64,000 nucleotides of DNA from Escherichia phage vB_EcoM_Lh1B. Where the stretch lies: the sequence record OK428535.1; one strand, given 5' to 3'. Under the pieces are notes generated by a model, which had not been told where the DNA came from, made no database searches, and saw only the letters and a program-made list of their open reading frames with translations. This document shows, one piece after another, positions 56,020 through 64,000 of the stretch (position 1 is the first letter of the stretch; each line of letters opens with the position of its first letter). A program made the position numbers and the translations under genes.

Positions 56020-57663
56020 ATGGCGAAGATTGCGTCCAAATTAATCGACAAGGATCGCGGGTTCGAAGTCTGGGACCCGAGTGAATTGTACGAACCAAAC
56101 AAACCAACAGGTTACGTACCTAACCCACGTGACCTTATCGTGAACGACATGACCTCCGGCTTTGACCGCGTGGTTAGCGTAAACTATTCGGTACCGTCGT
56201 GGGAAACAGAACCGTTCGGTGGCGTTGGTGTGGCAAACCAAGACGGGCGTCTTAATGGTCACTACCCACTACGCTCTGACAGATATCGCGTCTACGTGGA
56301 CAGCACCAAACTTCCACCGACGATGGTTATCGATGATGCCGTCACTTTCAACGGTCCCGATATCGACGGTGTGCGTATCCTGCGTGGGTCATCTGTAAAC
56401 GATGATGCGGAAATCCTGTCTGGTTATTACAAAGACGGGGTTCTGAAAAAGAACTATCTGCCGGTGCAGACTATCAGTGCGGCTGACGCAGAAACTGTGG
56501 TGAAACAAGCGATTCCTGGGAGCTGTCTGGCTGAAGTCAGTAACGGTGAAGAGTGTACTTTCCTGGTTTACTCTGACACCGGTAACGTTGTTCAGATCGC
56601 CCACGGTCACATCATCAAGACCAATCTGGTGATGGCGCAAGAGACTCCGTCTCGCACTGTGCTAGGTATTAAACTGGTTTCACCGTTCCTGGTAGACGAC
56701 AATGGTACTACGCTGACGCTGCCGATTAACATCCCGCTGGAATCTATTCCGCTGTGGTGTGACATCCAGTACAGCGACGGAACCAAACGCCTACCTATCG
56801 ATGGTTCGCGTGTGAAGTTTAACGGTCTGCGTAACTCTGGTGCACATGACACGTTTTACATCGCTTCAAATGCCGGTAATGAGTTACCTTGCCAGTTAAG
56901 CTATCAGTTGGCTCGCGGTGAAACCTACGGTGGTACTGACATTGTTAAAGATACAATTGTCAAAGACTACACCGCTGTAACCGAAACAGTCGATGGTGCT
57001 TATTCCATGAAGCTGTTTGTGGTTCCGCGTTGGTTGGATGCGAACCGTGGTTATCGTCTGTCGTTCCTGCTGTACAACCTGACACGCGGCCAAGTCTACG
57101 ACGCGACCGCAAACATCCAGTACACCACAGGGACTACATTCGACCCACTATTGATGGGTGTGAAACAGCGTCTGAATGTGCAGGTGGATATCAGCAAAGT
57201 AAATCCACAATTCCGCGCTTTCATCCAGGCGCAGTCTTTCGCCATCACGTTAGTGAACCCAGGTAACGAGTTGAATACCAACTTCCTTATCGAATACCTG
57301 CCTGATGGGCTGGTCTACGGTAATGAAATTTGGGCGGAGTTCAAATACTCTAACGTCAACTACTCCACGCTGAACCTTCGTTGTGGTTGTGCCTCTAAAG
57401 CCGAGTGGCTTAAAGCGTTGTACGAGCCGATTTATCCGCTCTACGATCGTCGTAATGAATCTGAGGCTCCCGAGCCTACACACTTTGAGGTGCATGTCGG
57501 TGGTAAGGTTTACACCCACAGCATCGATGAGTGGTTAAATGAGCAAACGGTAGATTATCGTATCGCTCTGGACGATTCGTTAGTTATTCGCTGGATTCGT
57601 CGCACTCCTACGGATACGCTTAACCTCGCGGCTACGCCAATGCTGGCGCACCACATCGAGTAA
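56020..57663 (+). CDS. hypothetical protein, likely structural
   Basis: 547-aa ORF directly upstream of terminase large subunit. Confidence 0.6.
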   Translation: MAKIASKLIDKDRGFEVWDPSELYEPNKPTGYVPNPRDLIVNDMTSGFDRVVSVNYSVPSWETEPFGGVGVANQDGRLNGHYPLRSDRYRVYVDSTKLPPTMVIDDAVTFNGPDIDGVRILRGSSVNDDAEILSGYYKDGVLKKNYLPVQTISAADAETVVKQAIPGSCLAEVSNGEECTFLVYSDTGNVVQIAHGHIIKTNLVMAQETPSRTVLGIKLVSPFLVDDNGTTLTLPINIPLESIPLWCDIQYSDGTKRLPIDGSRVKFNGLRNSGAHDTFYIASNAGNELPCQLSYQLARGETYGGTDIVKDTIVKDYTAVTETVDGAYSMKLFVVPRWLDANRGYRLSFLLYNLTRGQVYDATANIQYTTGTTFDPLLMGVKQRLNVQVDISKVNPQFRAFIQAQSFAITLVNPGNELNTNFLIEYLPDGLVYGNEIWAEFKYSNVNYSTLNLRCGCASKAEWLKALYEPIYPLYDRRNESEAPEPTHFEVHVGGKVYTHSIDEWLNEQTVDYRIALDDSLVIRWIRRTPTDTLNLAATPMLAHHIE

Positions 57664-57671
57664 CAAACCTT

Positions 57672-57695
57672 CCTCCACCCCTTCGGGGGTGGAGG
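57672..57695 (+). promoter_or_regulatory. GC-rich stem-loop occluding the terL Shine-Dalgarno
   Basis: Perfect 10-bp stem CCTCCACCCC / GGGGTGGAGG with TTCG loop, no T-tract; right arm contains the GGAGG 12 nt before the terL ATG. Confidence 0.4.
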
Positions 57696-57707
57696 TATGG
57701 AGATTGT

Positions 57708-59819
57708 ATGATACTGCGAAAAAACGATTGGCGACACTATCCGGGGGCGATTGTTGACGACGTCACACCAAACGTGCACTTCCTTCAATTCGCCACAACA
57801 CTACAAGGATTAGGTGTCCAGCATTGGTACGTCCACCTGGCATTACACAATCCCGAACTCCGTGGTGTTGATCCGTTTAGCCCGGATTTAACACTCGAAC
57901 AAAAAGCGATGATTGTTACGGAGTGTGCGGAAAACCCATGGTACTTCTTCCGTGAGTGTGTCCGGGTCCCTGCGGATGGTGTAAAGAACGGGATGCCGTT
58001 TCGTCTAGACCGCGGTAACTTTTCGATGTATTGGATTTTCTTCAACAACATCGACGCCGCTATCGAGTTTCTCCGTCAGCATGGTAAGACTGTCGGGATG
58101 TCCGCATTGCTATTGTGGCTGATGCGCTTCCTGGAGAACTCACGTACGATTCTTATCACGAAGGGTCCTGCCCTGCGTGAAGAAACTATCAACAAAATGA
58201 AACAACTGCGTAACGCGTTACCGGATTATCTCTGGCCTCATCACCCGGACGATCCTGATAACCGTGAGACATTTGCATGTCTAGCGNAGGGTAACAAACT
58301 TATCACCGGCATCGGTCAAAACGATAAGGAAGCTGCGAACGGGGTAGGCCGTGGACTCACAGCCGGACGCCTGTTCTCGGATGAAGGACCGTTTACCAAC
58401 AACATCCACCATATCCTCCCTGCTGCACTAGCATCGGGTACCGCGGCGCGTCGTATTAACGAAGCCGAAGGTGTTCCATACGGCAACGTCTTCGCAACAA
58501 CGCCTGGGGATTTGGCGACAGAAGAAGGCGAGTACATGTACAGCCTGATGACGTCGGGGATTTCGTGGGATGAACGGTATATCGACATTCCGACTCGTGC
58601 ACAACTGATTGACATGATTCGCAAAGGCTCTACTGCGAAGATTCCACGTATCATGTTCTACGTGAAATACAACCACCGCCAACTCGGTACCACGGACGAA
58701 GAACTCGCAGATATGATTGCGAACGCCCCAGGTACACCAGACCAAATCCGCCGTGACTTCGGTGGTGAATGGACAACCGGTGGTTACAACAAACCGTTCT
58801 CAGGCGATGATGCAAGACGTATGAACGCCTCGCGTATTCGGGCAGCACAGAAAATTATCTCTGCTTCCAACTACGTAACGGATTGGTATTACACCGAAGA
58901 ACAGATGCTGGTTAAAATGCAAGACCGCCACATCATCGGTTTGGATACTTCCGAAGCCGTGGGACGTGACGCCATTGCCATGTCAATCGTCAACTCTGTC
59001 ACTGCCGAATATGCCGGCAAGCTCACCGTGAACGAAACAAACGTCATCGGGTTTGCGATTCACCTAGCAGACTTCATGATCGAATATCCGAACACGGTAC
59101 TCATTCTGGAACGACGGTCTACCGGCTCCTCGGTAGCAGATGCCATCATACTGCAGCTGCAATCTAAGGTTCGCGATTTGCATCGTCGTTTGTACGTGAA
59201 AGTGACCCAGGATTACTCAAGGAACGATGAACTTTACAAAGAGTTCCATCGTGGCCCTGTGGGCAGTCCAGAGCGCTTCTGGGACAAATTCCGTAAATAC
59301 ATCGGTTTCTCAACCGACCAGGATAAACGCCGTAAGTTGTATGGTGAAGTATTTACCACGGCGTTGCGTCTTTCTGCGGACTTACTGCGGTCAGGCGAAT
59401 TGATCGACCAAATCCTCGGTCTCGTCGAACGAAACGGGCGCATAGACCACCGTGCATCCGGTCACGATGACCTGGTAATATCCTGGCTCCTGGCAATGTG
59501 GTTACTTCTGTTCGGCAACAACTTAGGCCACTACGGTATAAGTAACAGCCGACTGATGATGCGCAACCGCAATATGCTCGGGGGCACGGCAGGTGAATTC
59601 GATGAAGAGGCTGCAGTCGAGGAAGAAGAAAAGCAACAACAACTGATGGGGCAAATTGAAACGATGATTAGGCAGAGTCAAGTTGTAGCCGACCCGGTAC
59701 AACAGCTCATGTACAAGAATCGTATTCAAGCGCTCGTCTCTCAACTCAACACTGACGTTCGTAACGTCGCATCGATGGAAAGCTTGAAAGAGCTAATCCA
59801 ACGACAGAGGATGAAGTGA
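57708..59819 (+). CDS. terminase large subunit
   Basis: 703 aa; deviant Walker A LRQHGKT (as I recall, T4 gp17 has SRQLGKT), C-terminal RNase H-like nuclease blocks IIGLDTSEAVGRDAIAMSIV and GHDDLVISWLLA. Confidence 0.8.
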   Translation: MILRKNDWRHYPGAIVDDVTPNVHFLQFATTLQGLGVQHWYVHLALHNPELRGVDPFSPDLTLEQKAMIVTECAENPWYFFRECVRVPADGVKNGMPFRLDRGNFSMYWIFFNNIDAAIEFLRQHGKTVGMSALLLWLMRFLENSRTILITKGPALREETINKMKQLRNALPDYLWPHHPDDPDNRETFACLAXGNKLITGIGQNDKEAANGVGRGLTAGRLFSDEGPFTNNIHHILPAALASGTAARRINEAEGVPYGNVFATTPGDLATEEGEYMYSLMTSGISWDERYIDIPTRAQLIDMIRKGSTAKIPRIMFYVKYNHRQLGTTDEELADMIANAPGTPDQIRRDFGGEWTTGGYNKPFSGDDARRMNASRIRAAQKIISASNYVTDWYYTEEQMLVKMQDRHIIGLDTSEAVGRDAIAMSIVNSVTAEYAGKLTVNETNVIGFAIHLADFMIEYPNTVLILERRSTGSSVADAIILQLQSKVRDLHRRLYVKVTQDYSRNDELYKEFHRGPVGSPERFWDKFRKYIGFSTDQDKRRKLYGEVFTTALRLSADLLRSGELIDQILGLVERNGRIDHRASGHDDLVISWLLAMWLLLFGNNLGHYGISNSRLMMRNRNMLGGTAGEFDEEAAVEEEEKQQQLMGQIETMIRQSQVVADPVQQLMYKNRIQALVSQLNTDVRNVASMESLKELIQRQRMK

Positions 59820-60058
59820 TGACTCAACTCTACTACGCAATCGTGCTGGTAATGTGGATTTGCCTATACTTTGGCTTACGCCACACCATCGAAGTAATAC
59901 GCATACACGCACAAAGCCACGATGTCTGCACACGCACAATGCGGCTCGGACAGATTATCTGTAGCTTTGGCGTATTGCTTATCGGTGGACTATCAACCGC
60001 GGGGCTACACGTTGTGTATACCCTACATCAAGTTGCCGTATCGGGAGCACTCGCCTGA
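59816..60058 (+). CDS. small two-pass membrane protein
   Basis: 80 aa with two hydrophobic segments; start overlaps terL stop (ATGA). Confidence 0.4.
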   Translation: MMTQLYYAIVLVMWICLYFGLRHTIEVIRIHAQSHDVCTRTMRLGQIICSFGVLLIGGLSTAGLHVVYTLHQVAVSGALA

Positions 60059-60071
60059 ATCAACTTTAACT

Positions 60072-60130
60072 CGAAAAAATACGACGTAGCCACCTCTCCG
60101 AAACTGGAGAGGTGGCATTTTATTTTATTT
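60072..60130. terminator. bidirectional intrinsic terminator
   Basis: 11-bp stem GCCACCTCTCC / GGAGAGGTGGC with GAAACT loop, A-run before and ATTTTATTTTATTT after. Confidence 0.65.
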
Positions 60131-61501
60131 CTGCAAAGAGCGGATCAAGAAGTACAACAGTAACGCATTACGTAAGGCAGCCAGAGCGGCCTCATGACGG
60201 ATGTGTGTTTCCCGTGCGGCCAGTTTCTCAATCCGTTCACGCAACGATAACACGTATGGGTTAGGGGACTTCGAAGCCTGGTACAACGAACGCATACGCA
60301 GTAGAACCGTACTCGCATCGTTAAAGTTCAGACGAGAGGTAACAATTTCATCGAACGCGTGCGATAGCGTGTCCTCCATGATAGCGTTAATCTCATCACG
60401 CTTTTTGCCAAGCGGTAGACTTGCAATATACGCCAGCAAAGTTTTCAGTGCCGCGGGAGATGCTTTGGGTACTAGCTCCAACACCACTTTTGCTAATTGC
60501 TCTTTGTAAAGATTGTTGATATCGTAAGACGCATCGAACAGATTCTGCTTAGCGATATCCAGCGCACCCACTTTGTCACGAATAATCGATTCGCCGTCTA
60601 ACTCTATACGAGTTGACTGCGTAATCACACGGCTATTATCGCGACGTACTTTGTCCAGTACCGCGTAATAGTCCTTCACGGTTTGTTTGGTACGGGTGTT
60701 CAAGTCGGTGATGAAGCGCAGCACCAAATCCGGCGTATCGAAGCGTTTAACCGCATCGTAGTTTGGGTACTCTGGGGAACAGAAGTATTCTGAACGCTCC
60801 TGCATGTGCAAGCCCCAGTTACCTAAACGTCGAATATCGAACTTTAACGACAGCATTGAATACGCAGCGTCGGCGGCGGCCATGTCGACCGGCTTGGGGA
60901 AGAAGTGGTAATATATACTGGAGTAGAATTTGAATTGCAGAAGCGTTACTAACGATACAGCCGCGGCGTGGATTTCACGATCGGCGAATTTCGACATCAT
61001 TCGATGTAGAGTATACACCGTAGAGAGGTTATACGGATCACCCGCCACTGCCCAGTCGGTGTTAATCGTGCCCGATTCTTTAATCATCTCGAACAGATAG
61101 TCTTCGTCGACTTTCAAGACATCTTCAAAAAAGCGGTTACGGTCAGAATCGTAGAAACGAATGGTGTGGACGCCTAATAGATTAGACCCTAGCCACTCCA
61201 CATTGCCTTCACGTTTAAGGATGTTGTCTACGTGAAGTTGAATTTGCTTTGCAAAACGACGATCGATGACGACGTGTTTAAAGCATTCGTCAAACACTTT
61301 ACGTAATCGGTCATTCTTCATGGCTTCTGCAGCAACCACCAGTCCCATCGGGACGTAGCCGCCAAAACCATAGTCGTAATACAAGCCCGTAGAATACGTG
61401 TCATCGTCGAAGAATGGGTCACGTCCGAATGATTCGACGGCAACCTTCACTCCGGTATCACGATAACAACCGGCACTGAAATCATAAACCAGTTCAGACA
61501 T
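60125..61501 (-). CDS. hypothetical protein
   Basis: 458-aa ORF on minus strand. Confidence 0.6.
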   Translation of the reverse strand: MSELVYDFSAGCYRDTGVKVAVESFGRDPFFDDDTYSTGLYYDYGFGGYVPMGLVVAAEAMKNDRLRKVFDECFKHVVIDRRFAKQIQLHVDNILKREGNVEWLGSNLLGVHTIRFYDSDRNRFFEDVLKVDEDYLFEMIKESGTINTDWAVAGDPYNLSTVYTLHRMMSKFADREIHAAAVSLVTLLQFKFYSSIYYHFFPKPVDMAAADAAYSMLSLKFDIRRLGNWGLHMQERSEYFCSPEYPNYDAVKRFDTPDLVLRFITDLNTRTKQTVKDYYAVLDKVRRDNSRVITQSTRIELDGESIIRDKVGALDIAKQNLFDASYDINNLYKEQLAKVVLELVPKASPAALKTLLAYIASLPLGKKRDEINAIMEDTLSHAFDEIVTSRLNFNDASTVLLRMRSLYQASKSPNPYVLSLRERIEKLAARETHIRHEAALAALRNALLLYFLIRSLQK

Positions 61502-61573
61502 GGCACTAAACCTCTAAAAATTTACGGATATATGTTATCATACTGAGAGTATACCTGAAGGAGATTTTACCCA

Positions 61574-62707
61574 ATGATGAACTATGAACGTAAGCACGCG
61601 TGGCAAGAAAAGCTACGCACGGGGCAGATACATTCTGCCCAACAAGTGAAGATGTGGGTGCTGCCGCACGGCGTCATCTGCGAAATGGTCCAGGTCGGGG
61701 GATTACCTATTCTTCGAAATGGCAAATACGATTCGATGAACACGGTACTCGCGCGCTTGCTGGCCGATGCAGGCATAATGGGTACCGTGATTTTATATTC
61801 AACCGCAACGATTCCTCAGAACCTTTCTCGCTGGTTAACACATTGGCTTTCCAATGACCCTAGCGAGGACGATCCGTGGCTACGTTCGATGACAGTGACA
61901 ACAATGGGTCAACGGCCGACGAAACCCCTCCCATTCCAGGTCAATGTAATTGAACCAGCTATTCTGGAAGCGGGTGAAGTGTTTGAAGCAATCAAACATC
62001 GATCTCGCGATGTTAGCATCAGTCAGTTTCTTATCGAAGCGAATGATGTGACTTACCGGCTGGAGCCTGTACGACGTATGGACGCTCGTATCGTCGACTG
62101 CACAGAGTTCGGTTATGTCTTGCGTACACAGGGCAACCATACCTTCCTGGCATCGATGCTCTCTCGCCGCGTGCAGGGACAGTTAGCACACTACAAAGTG
62201 TCCCCTGCTGACCTCGTCGGTACCGACGTTAAGGTCGAATACACAATGTTTACCGAAGGGAATCGACTGTGTAATTTTAAGTCTCCGGTAGTCTATCGGA
62301 GTAAGGCACTTGATGCCTTAGGCGACCAGAATGTCCCGACATACGATGGCCCCTATCCGTTTAAATCGCAAGCATCTGCAAACCGTGCGCTCCTTACGGT
62401 AACTCGGTGTAAACGCGCAGCGATCACGCGGACCGACGGGGAAATTTATGGTAAGGACACTGAGTCTGACGCAAAACTCTTTTCGTTCCGGCGTGGTGTG
62501 AAACCTGGATTGTATGCCGCGACGTTTGAAAAGGGGGATGACGTCGAGTTCTGGCAGTTCGACAGCGATTTTGCAGTAGATGCGATTGACCCAGATGCGT
62601 TAGTGAGTGTCATCACAGACCAAATCTTTTACGCGACGGGTATGAGCCTGCTGGAAATCTTTTTAATGTACGATGCCAGATTACCTTCACAGTCAGTCAA
62701 AACGTAA
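61574..62707 (+). CDS. hypothetical protein
   Basis: 377-aa ORF with GAAGGAG RBS. Confidence 0.55.
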   Translation: MMNYERKHAWQEKLRTGQIHSAQQVKMWVLPHGVICEMVQVGGLPILRNGKYDSMNTVLARLLADAGIMGTVILYSTATIPQNLSRWLTHWLSNDPSEDDPWLRSMTVTTMGQRPTKPLPFQVNVIEPAILEAGEVFEAIKHRSRDVSISQFLIEANDVTYRLEPVRRMDARIVDCTEFGYVLRTQGNHTFLASMLSRRVQGQLAHYKVSPADLVGTDVKVEYTMFTEGNRLCNFKSPVVYRSKALDALGDQNVPTYDGPYPFKSQASANRALLTVTRCKRAAITRTDGEIYGKDTESDAKLFSFRRGVKPGLYAATFEKGDDVEFWQFDSDFAVDAIDPDALVSVITDQIFYATGMSLLEIFLMYDARLPSQSVKT

Positions 62708-62717
62708 GGAGCCTCCT

Positions 62718-63227
62718 ATGTTTACTGCGCCAACCGTGCAGGTGGGGCAAGGTCTTAACCTGGTGGTACACGACCAGCGGTTAATCGACCTCTGCGACAC
62801 AAGCATAATTACTGCGATGATGGACCATAACCCTTTAGGTGACTACGGAAATACCAGCGAGATTTTGGCTGTTGCTGCCGTCCTCCGTCGTATTTACGGT
62901 CAAATAACCATCGTAGATCTCTGTAACTTCATTGACAACCACAGAGATTTAACTAAAGGGTTGGTCGCACTTACTCAAGATGGGGTGTCAAGTTTTGACA
63001 GTTCTCTTGGTAATTTCCTAGACATCGGTTCCGGGTTCGACTCCGGGCTAATGTTCATCACTCGTGAACGCTACGTCGCCGTCTGGGAATTTCTGCAACG
63101 CATGGGTGTGCATGTTCCTGCAAAGATCATGCATTACCAAACTTACGACCTGAATATTTTCGGGGAGCCAGGGTTATGGATAAAACCAGTACACCTTGGC
63201 CTTGATGGCTACACCATCAAGTGTTAA
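62718..63227 (+). CDS. hypothetical protein
   Basis: In-frame ATG at 62718 with AAGGAG RBS; preferred over ORF-track start 62673. Confidence 0.5.
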   Translation: MFTAPTVQVGQGLNLVVHDQRLIDLCDTSIITAMMDHNPLGDYGNTSEILAVAAVLRRIYGQITIVDLCNFIDNHRDLTKGLVALTQDGVSSFDSSLGNFLDIGSGFDSGLMFITRERYVAVWEFLQRMGVHVPAKIMHYQTYDLNIFGEPGLWIKPVHLGLDGYTIKC

Positions 63228-63236
63228 GTCACTAGG

Positions 63237-63290
63237 CGTACTCTCTTCGGGGAGTACNCCAATNTTNTTTTTTTTGTTTTTTTAACCAAC
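63237..63290 (+). terminator. intrinsic terminator
   Basis: Stem GTACTCTC / GGGAGTAC with TTCG loop followed by a long T-tract (contains N calls). Confidence 0.55.
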
Positions 63291-63872
63291 CGGTTAAAGG
63301 GGTCTGGGAAGCATCAGAAAACGATTAGGTGGTATCGACGTAGGGTAGCTCGTTTTTGGCAGTTTATCGTTTTCTAGGGTCAGTTACGTGCGTTTTAGAG
63401 GGGGTTATGTATCGAGACAGAGAATTTATTTTTGTCGGGGCGAGGAAATTCAGGGAATGGGGATTCAGGATTGTATGTTTTTTAACCAGTTATTAAAAAC
63501 GCTCTAGAAAGCGCTAGAACGAGATTTGTACCAGACCCAGTACACTTGGGTTCCCCCTACCGGAAAATCGCGCCAGCGGGCCGCTGAGAGCGCGAGAGTG
63601 CCATTCCCGTTTCGGTTCCGAGGTGACGGTCGCGGCCGGCGACGACGATCACACGTTGGGTAGCACTTCGTGCCATGTCTGGGTGAAAACTGGATCGTTC
63701 TGTAACCGACACACACTGTCGGTTACTTACGAGTTCTTTGGGTTGTTTAACTCGCTCTAAAATCCCCCTTAGGGGATAATTTAATCTAATTCTCAAAATT
63801 TCTTTTTAAAACAATCACTTAGATTGTTTTTTAGATTGATCCTGTGGATCGGGTCGAAGACCCTTTCCTTAT

Positions 63873-64000
63873 ACGCGTGCGCGTGCGCACACCCGTATCC
63901 TCCAGGATCTTTTAAAATATATAATAATATTAAATATAATAATACCTTTAGGTATTATATTTAATTATTATAATTATTTATATAAATAAATATATTAATA
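63873..64000. other. alternating purine-pyrimidine tract followed by an extremely AT-rich region
   Basis: ACGCGTGCGCGTGCGCACAC (63873-63892) then about 85 bp almost entirely A/T with short inverted repeats, running to the window edge; no coding potential. Confidence 0.4.

Noticed and set aside
63504-63796. Two overlapping minus-strand ORFs (70 and 79 aa) in the terminal non-coding region
   Set aside because: Arg/Ser/Gly-rich translations from a GC-rich structured island, no RBS, overlapping each other; more likely structured DNA or RNA than protein
1-64000. Searched by eye for tRNA genes, CRISPR repeats, integrase/transposase genes and terminal inverted repeats of insertion sequences
   Set aside because: No GGTTCGANTCC-type T-loop with matching acceptor stem, no regularly spaced direct repeats, and no recombinase-like ORFs were found

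Overview
The window reads as about 64 kb of a large virulent dsDNA phage genome: roughly 65 tightly packed, mostly RBS-led ORFs in strand-consistent blocks, hairpin/T-tract terminators at block ends, and no host housekeeping genes, tRNA, CRISPR array, integrase or transposase. Recognisable products are a thymidylate synthase (host-like ThyA with two insertions), an RNase HI-domain fusion protein, a DEDDh 3'-5' exonuclease, an HD phosphohydrolase, a HAD-type nucleotidase-like protein, a terminase large subunit, and a giant (~2,300 aa) virion protein carrying a lytic transglycosylase (SLT) domain. The most interesting signal is a gene head-to-head with that giant gene (35699..37312) whose product carries the ordered signature blocks of the N-terminal half of the multisubunit RNA polymerase beta-prime subunit, including a DxDGD-type metal-binding loop, followed by a 1,401-aa ORF of uncertain assignment. 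That arrangement, together with recurring AT-rich TATATTAC-like upstream motifs, is what I would expect from a phiKZ-like jumbo phage of an enterobacterial host; this attribution is inference from motifs read by eye, not a database result. Most other ORFs are hypothetical. The sequence contains many clustered N base calls, which obscure several motifs including the RNAP catalytic loop. The last ~700 bp is non-coding and ends in a GC-rich structured island, an alternating purine-pyrimidine tract and an extremely AT-rich stretch.
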